DNA from: Alphaproteobacteria bacterium
Lineage (GTDB): Bacteria > Pseudomonadota > Alphaproteobacteria > G965222575
Assembly (NCBI GenBank): GCA_965222575.1
Contig: OZ244958.1
Span: forward strand, 800,001-864,000
DNA: 64,000 bases
Direction of reading: 5' to 3'
Shown here: piece after piece, positions 60,850-64,000 of the stretch
Layout: every line of letters begins with the position of its first letter
How positions within the stretch are numbered: position 1 is the stretch's first letter
Translations under genes and position numbers: made by a program
The notes under the pieces: model-generated
What the model saw: only the letters and a program-made list of their open reading frames with translations
What the model was told of the DNA's origin: nothing
The model's database searches: none

Positions 60850-61706
60850 GTGCTTATATTAATGGACAATTTTCCTCTCATCTTAAACAGGGTATCTCCA
60901 TAGAGGAGAGAGGCTATCAGTTTGCTGACTCTGTTTATGAAGTGATTGCTTTTACAAAACACAATGGCCTGTATCGATATATAGCTCTTGAGCAGCATTT
61001 GAAGCGTCTGCAGGAGTCCTGTAAACGCTTGCATTTTCAGTCTCTTATGCCCCTGCCTACCCTTACGGTCATCTGTAAGACAGTTGCGAAAAAAAGTCGC
61101 CTTCATAAAGGGTATCTCTATCTCCAAGTGTCAAGAGGCGTGTATCCCCGACAACATGGTATCCCCTCTGTTGTGAAGCCACTGACAGTCAATGTGCTAG
61201 CCTATCCTTTGCCTGATGGTATTGAAGACAATCAACGCTTAGGCATTGATACTATCAGTTTACAAGATACCCGTGCGTACTTGCAGGGGATGAAAACTAA
61301 TGGCTTACTGCCTCATCTTTTAGCGAAGCAACAAGCCTTACAACGCAACTGTCAAGAAGCCCTGTTTGTCTGTCCTCATACAAAAGCTCTACTAGAAGGG
61401 GCTTCATCCAATGTTTGGATTGTCAAAGACCATCAAGCGTTCACCCCTCCCTTGCAACACGGCATTGTCTCAGGTATCACCCGTTTTGTGGTGATGGAGC
61501 TTTTGAAAGACCAAGTCACCTGTGCCTTTTTTACACGACAAGAGGCCTTAGAAGCTGATGAAGCGTTTATCACCTCCTCTAATGCCTTAGTGACTCCCAT
61601 ACGCTCCATAGATGGCTACTCACTAGGAAAAAGGACGCCGGGGCCTTTCACGAAAGCCCTTCAAAAGAAACTAACACACCATGTTGAGGCGGGTTTCCTC
61701 TTATGA
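60846..61706 (+). CDS. dat: D-amino-acid aminotransferase (class IV PLP)
   Basis: ERGYQFADSVYEV, HL.RL..S, YLQVSRG, MKT..LL, EGASSN, GITR, ADEAFITSS. Confidence 0.82.
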   Translation: MSAYINGQFSSHLKQGISIEERGYQFADSVYEVIAFTKHNGLYRYIALEQHLKRLQESCKRLHFQSLMPLPTLTVICKTVAKKSRLHKGYLYLQVSRGVYPRQHGIPSVVKPLTVNVLAYPLPDGIEDNQRLGIDTISLQDTRAYLQGMKTNGLLPHLLAKQQALQRNCQEALFVCPHTKALLEGASSNVWIVKDHQAFTPPLQHGIVSGITRFVVMELLKDQVTCAFFTRQEALEADEAFITSSNALVTPIRSIDGYSLGKRTPGPFTKALQKKLTHHVEAGFLL

Positions 61707-62480
61707 TTCTGAGGGCAGGCACACCACAGAGGTACCACAGTCCACATAACTCACTTGCCCTGTTACCCCGCCTCCTATGGAAGACAGAAGATACAAAGCC
61801 CCCCCTGCCACATCTTTGACTGTGGTATTACGCCCTAGAGGACTTAAGGCGGCATCGTAAGACAGCATTTTGGAAAATCCCTTAATACCACTAGATGCTA
61901 ATGTTTTAATAGGGCCTGCGCTCAAAGCGTTGACTCGAACCCCTCTCTTCCCTAAATCCACTGCTAGATACCTAACCGACGCTTCTAAGGCGGCTTTTGC
62001 TACCCCCATCAGATTGTAGTTTGGTACCACTTTTTGTGACCCATAATAGGTCAATGTTAACAAACTCCCTTCCGGCTTCATCAACGCTTTCGCGCATTGA
62101 CACATTTCTACAAAGGAATAACAGGAAACATGCAAACTGTGTTGGAATTGCTCCAAAGAGATTGTAAGATACTCTCCCTGTAAAGCGTCTCTATCAGCAT
62201 AAGCTAAAGAATGTACCACGAAGTCTATTTCCCCCCATTTCTGTTCTAGAGTCTCAAAAACCTTGTGTATATCCCCTTTTTTTGTGACATCACAGCTTAT
62301 AACCAGTGGGCTTTCCACTTCCTGTGCAATAGGCAGTACCCGCTTCTTTAAGAGTTCTCCCTGATAAGCGATTGCTACCTCTGCTCCTTGGGCATGTAAA
62401 AGTTTGATAATGCCAGCAGCAATAGACCGGTGATTGGCTAGCCCAAAGACAATCCCCTTTTTTCCCTCCATTATTCTCAT
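61701..62480 (-). CDS. fabI: Enoyl-ACP reductase (probable ATG 62480)
   Basis: GLANHRSIA, LTYYGS, YNLMGVAKAALEASVRYLA, SAGPIKTLA. Confidence 0.95.
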   Translation of the reverse strand: MRIMEGKKGIVFGLANHRSIAAGIIKLLHAQGAEVAIAYQGELLKKRVLPIAQEVESPLVISCDVTKKGDIHKVFETLEQKWGEIDFVVHSLAYADRDALQGEYLTISLEQFQHSLHVSCYSFVEMCQCAKALMKPEGSLLTLTYYGSQKVVPNYNLMGVAKAALEASVRYLAVDLGKRGVRVNALSAGPIKTLASSGIKGFSKMLSYDAALSPLGRNTTVKDVAGGALYLLSSIGGGVTGQVSYVDCGTSVVCLPSES

Positions 62481-62560
62481 TATCTTGCGTGTCTGTTGAC
62501 AGGTTGCTTTTATCACAGTACAATTAGAGTACTAATTAAGATATCAGGCTTAGGAAGGGG

Positions 62561-63196
62561 TTGTATATGTTTATTTTGAAATTCTCAAAAAAATGGTTTT
62601 TCAACCTGTTTGTGGGGGCTTCCTTTCTTTCTCTTGGAGTGCCTTGCTTGGGATTTGAGGAACACAACATGTTGGATGTAAGCTTTGAGATGCCTATTGA
62701 TTTTGAGATTATAGAAGAGGCGACTTTAGAAGAGGCTTTATCCCCTTTAGTTGAAGATTTCTATGAGAGTTTTATGTTTTTGCGTGGTCCTTTGGAGTCT
62801 TTTGTGAGTGTGCAGGAATTTCAGGACACCATAAAAACTCCTTTTGATGCTTCAAGAAGGTGGTCTGAGATTAAGGATTTGAAGTATGGGATTGGCGAGA
62901 GGGTAGAAGAGGCGAAGGAAGAACTTGTCTTAGAAAAATACCCGGAAGACTTTCATGAAATTTTTTCCAAGTTGGTCACTTTGTATGCAGAGCAGTACAC
63001 CATTACTTTGAATGAAACGCTAGTTTATGGGAGGTTTTCGTATTATGTGCGGGAGGAAGAAGAAATTGTGATGTCAGTGGATAAAAAGGTGGAGGAAGAG
63101 CCTGAGGAGATGCTCTATATTATTCTTTTGCGTCCTAAGGCAGATTCTGAAGAGACCAACGGGTTAGCGATTCTCTTTCTTAGAAAGTTTTATTAG
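62561..63196 (+). CDS. Acidic exported hypothetical protein
   Basis: Basic and hydrophobic N-terminus, Glu-rich body; fills the gap between fabI and fumC. Confidence 0.6.
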   Translation: MYMFILKFSKKWFFNLFVGASFLSLGVPCLGFEEHNMLDVSFEMPIDFEIIEEATLEEALSPLVEDFYESFMFLRGPLESFVSVQEFQDTIKTPFDASRRWSEIKDLKYGIGERVEEAKEELVLEKYPEDFHEIFSKLVTLYAEQYTITLNETLVYGRFSYYVREEEEIVMSVDKKVEEEPEEMLYIILLRPKADSEETNGLAILFLRKFY

Positions 63197-63999
63197 AGTT
63201 TTTCCCTAGGGGAGAGCATTTTTTCAGGGTCTACTAGGGTATCAAAGACCTTTTCTTCAATGCCGGCCTTTAGGGCTTCCTGTCGTAGGGAAGTCCCATT
63301 TTTGTGCGCGGTGAGGGCGATTGAAGCGGCTTTATCATATCCTATGAGGGGGACGAGAGCGGTGACTAACATTAAAGAATTGTGTAAGTGCGTACGGATG
63401 GCTTTCTTGTTAGGGGTGATGCCTTTGAGACAGTGATGGTGAAAGCTATTGAGGGCAGACGCTAGGAGGTGTAGTGACTTGATGAGGCAAAAGGCTATGA
63501 CGGGCTTGAAGGCGTTGAGTTGGAAGTGTCCGCTTGCTCCTGCTATGGAAATGGTGAGGTGGTGTCCCATGACTTGGGCACAGACCATAGTGAGGGCTTC
63601 GCATTGCGTTGGGTTGACTTTTCCGGGCATAATGGAAGAGCCCGGCTCATTGGCTGGCAAGAAAATCTCAGCAAGTCCTGCCCTTGGCCCTGAGGCTAGG
63701 AAGCGAATATCGTTGGCGATTTTCATGAGAGCCACCGCAAGTGTGTTCAAGCTCCCTGAGACCTGTACCATAGCATCATGGGCTGCAATGGCTTCGAATT
63801 TATTGTGGGCTACCCGAAAAGGAGTACTTGTGGTGCGGGCGATATCCTCTACAATAGCCTTATCAAAGCCGACGAATGTATTTTGCCCTGTCCCAACAGC
63901 TGTACCGCCTTGAGGGAGGTCTAGGAGGCTTTCTAGTGCTGTGGTGAGGGCGGTTTGAGCGTGCTTGAGTTGGGCATGAAAAGCGGAAAATTCTTGCCC
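63193..63999 (-). CDS. fumC: Fumarate hydratase class II (5'-truncated at window edge)
   Basis: Frame open to the edge: GQEFS...QGGTAVGTG...KIANDIR.LASGPR.GL..NEPGSSIMPGKVNPTQ. Confidence 0.95.
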   Translation of the reverse strand, partial: GQEFSAFHAQLKHAQTALTTALESLLDLPQGGTAVGTGQNTFVGFDKAIVEDIARTTSTPFRVAHNKFEAIAAHDAMVQVSGSLNTLAVALMKIANDIRFLASGPRAGLAEIFLPANEPGSSIMPGKVNPTQCEALTMVCAQVMGHHLTISIAGASGHFQLNAFKPVIAFCLIKSLHLLASALNSFHHHCLKGITPNKKAIRTHLHNSLMLVTALVPLIGYDKAASIALTAHKNGTSLRQEALKAGIEEKVFDTLVDPEKMLSPREKL

Positions 64000-64000
64000 T

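Overview
This is a chromosomal segment of a probably host-associated, fast-evolving alphaproteobacterium. The assignment is inferred from gene neighbourhoods (hdaA/DUF2066/purMN, yejABEF, TIGR02186-tauE, uvrA/ssb, trkAH-dat), tight gene packing and divergent proteins. The first 19.3 kb is the 5'-truncated end of one giant gene (>6,400 aa). It is built from at least 15 tandem 350-490 aa FG-GAP/integrin-alpha-like beta-propeller units whose scaffold DNA is nearly identical between copies, while the loops are hypervariable and shuffled. The gene ends 14 bp from the 3' end of tRNA-Ala(GGC). The middle is mostly housekeeping: pgsA, uvrC, hdaA, purMN, cysteine desulfurase, ispH, comM, pstSCAB-phoU, xerD, cutA, ctaA, and yejABEF with a duplicated, partly diversified and frameshifted yejA. 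At about 49.0-54.4 kb there is an accessory block: a stand-alone type III secretion translocon operon (2x SycD/LcrH chaperone, SctE, SctB, CesT-like chaperone), an XRE regulator with a poly-A tract in its putative promoter spacer, and a histidine/serine-decarboxylase-like enzyme. The window ends with uvrA, ssb, trkA, trkH, dat, fabI, a hypothetical gene and truncated fumC. All assignments come from reading motifs by eye; no searches were run.
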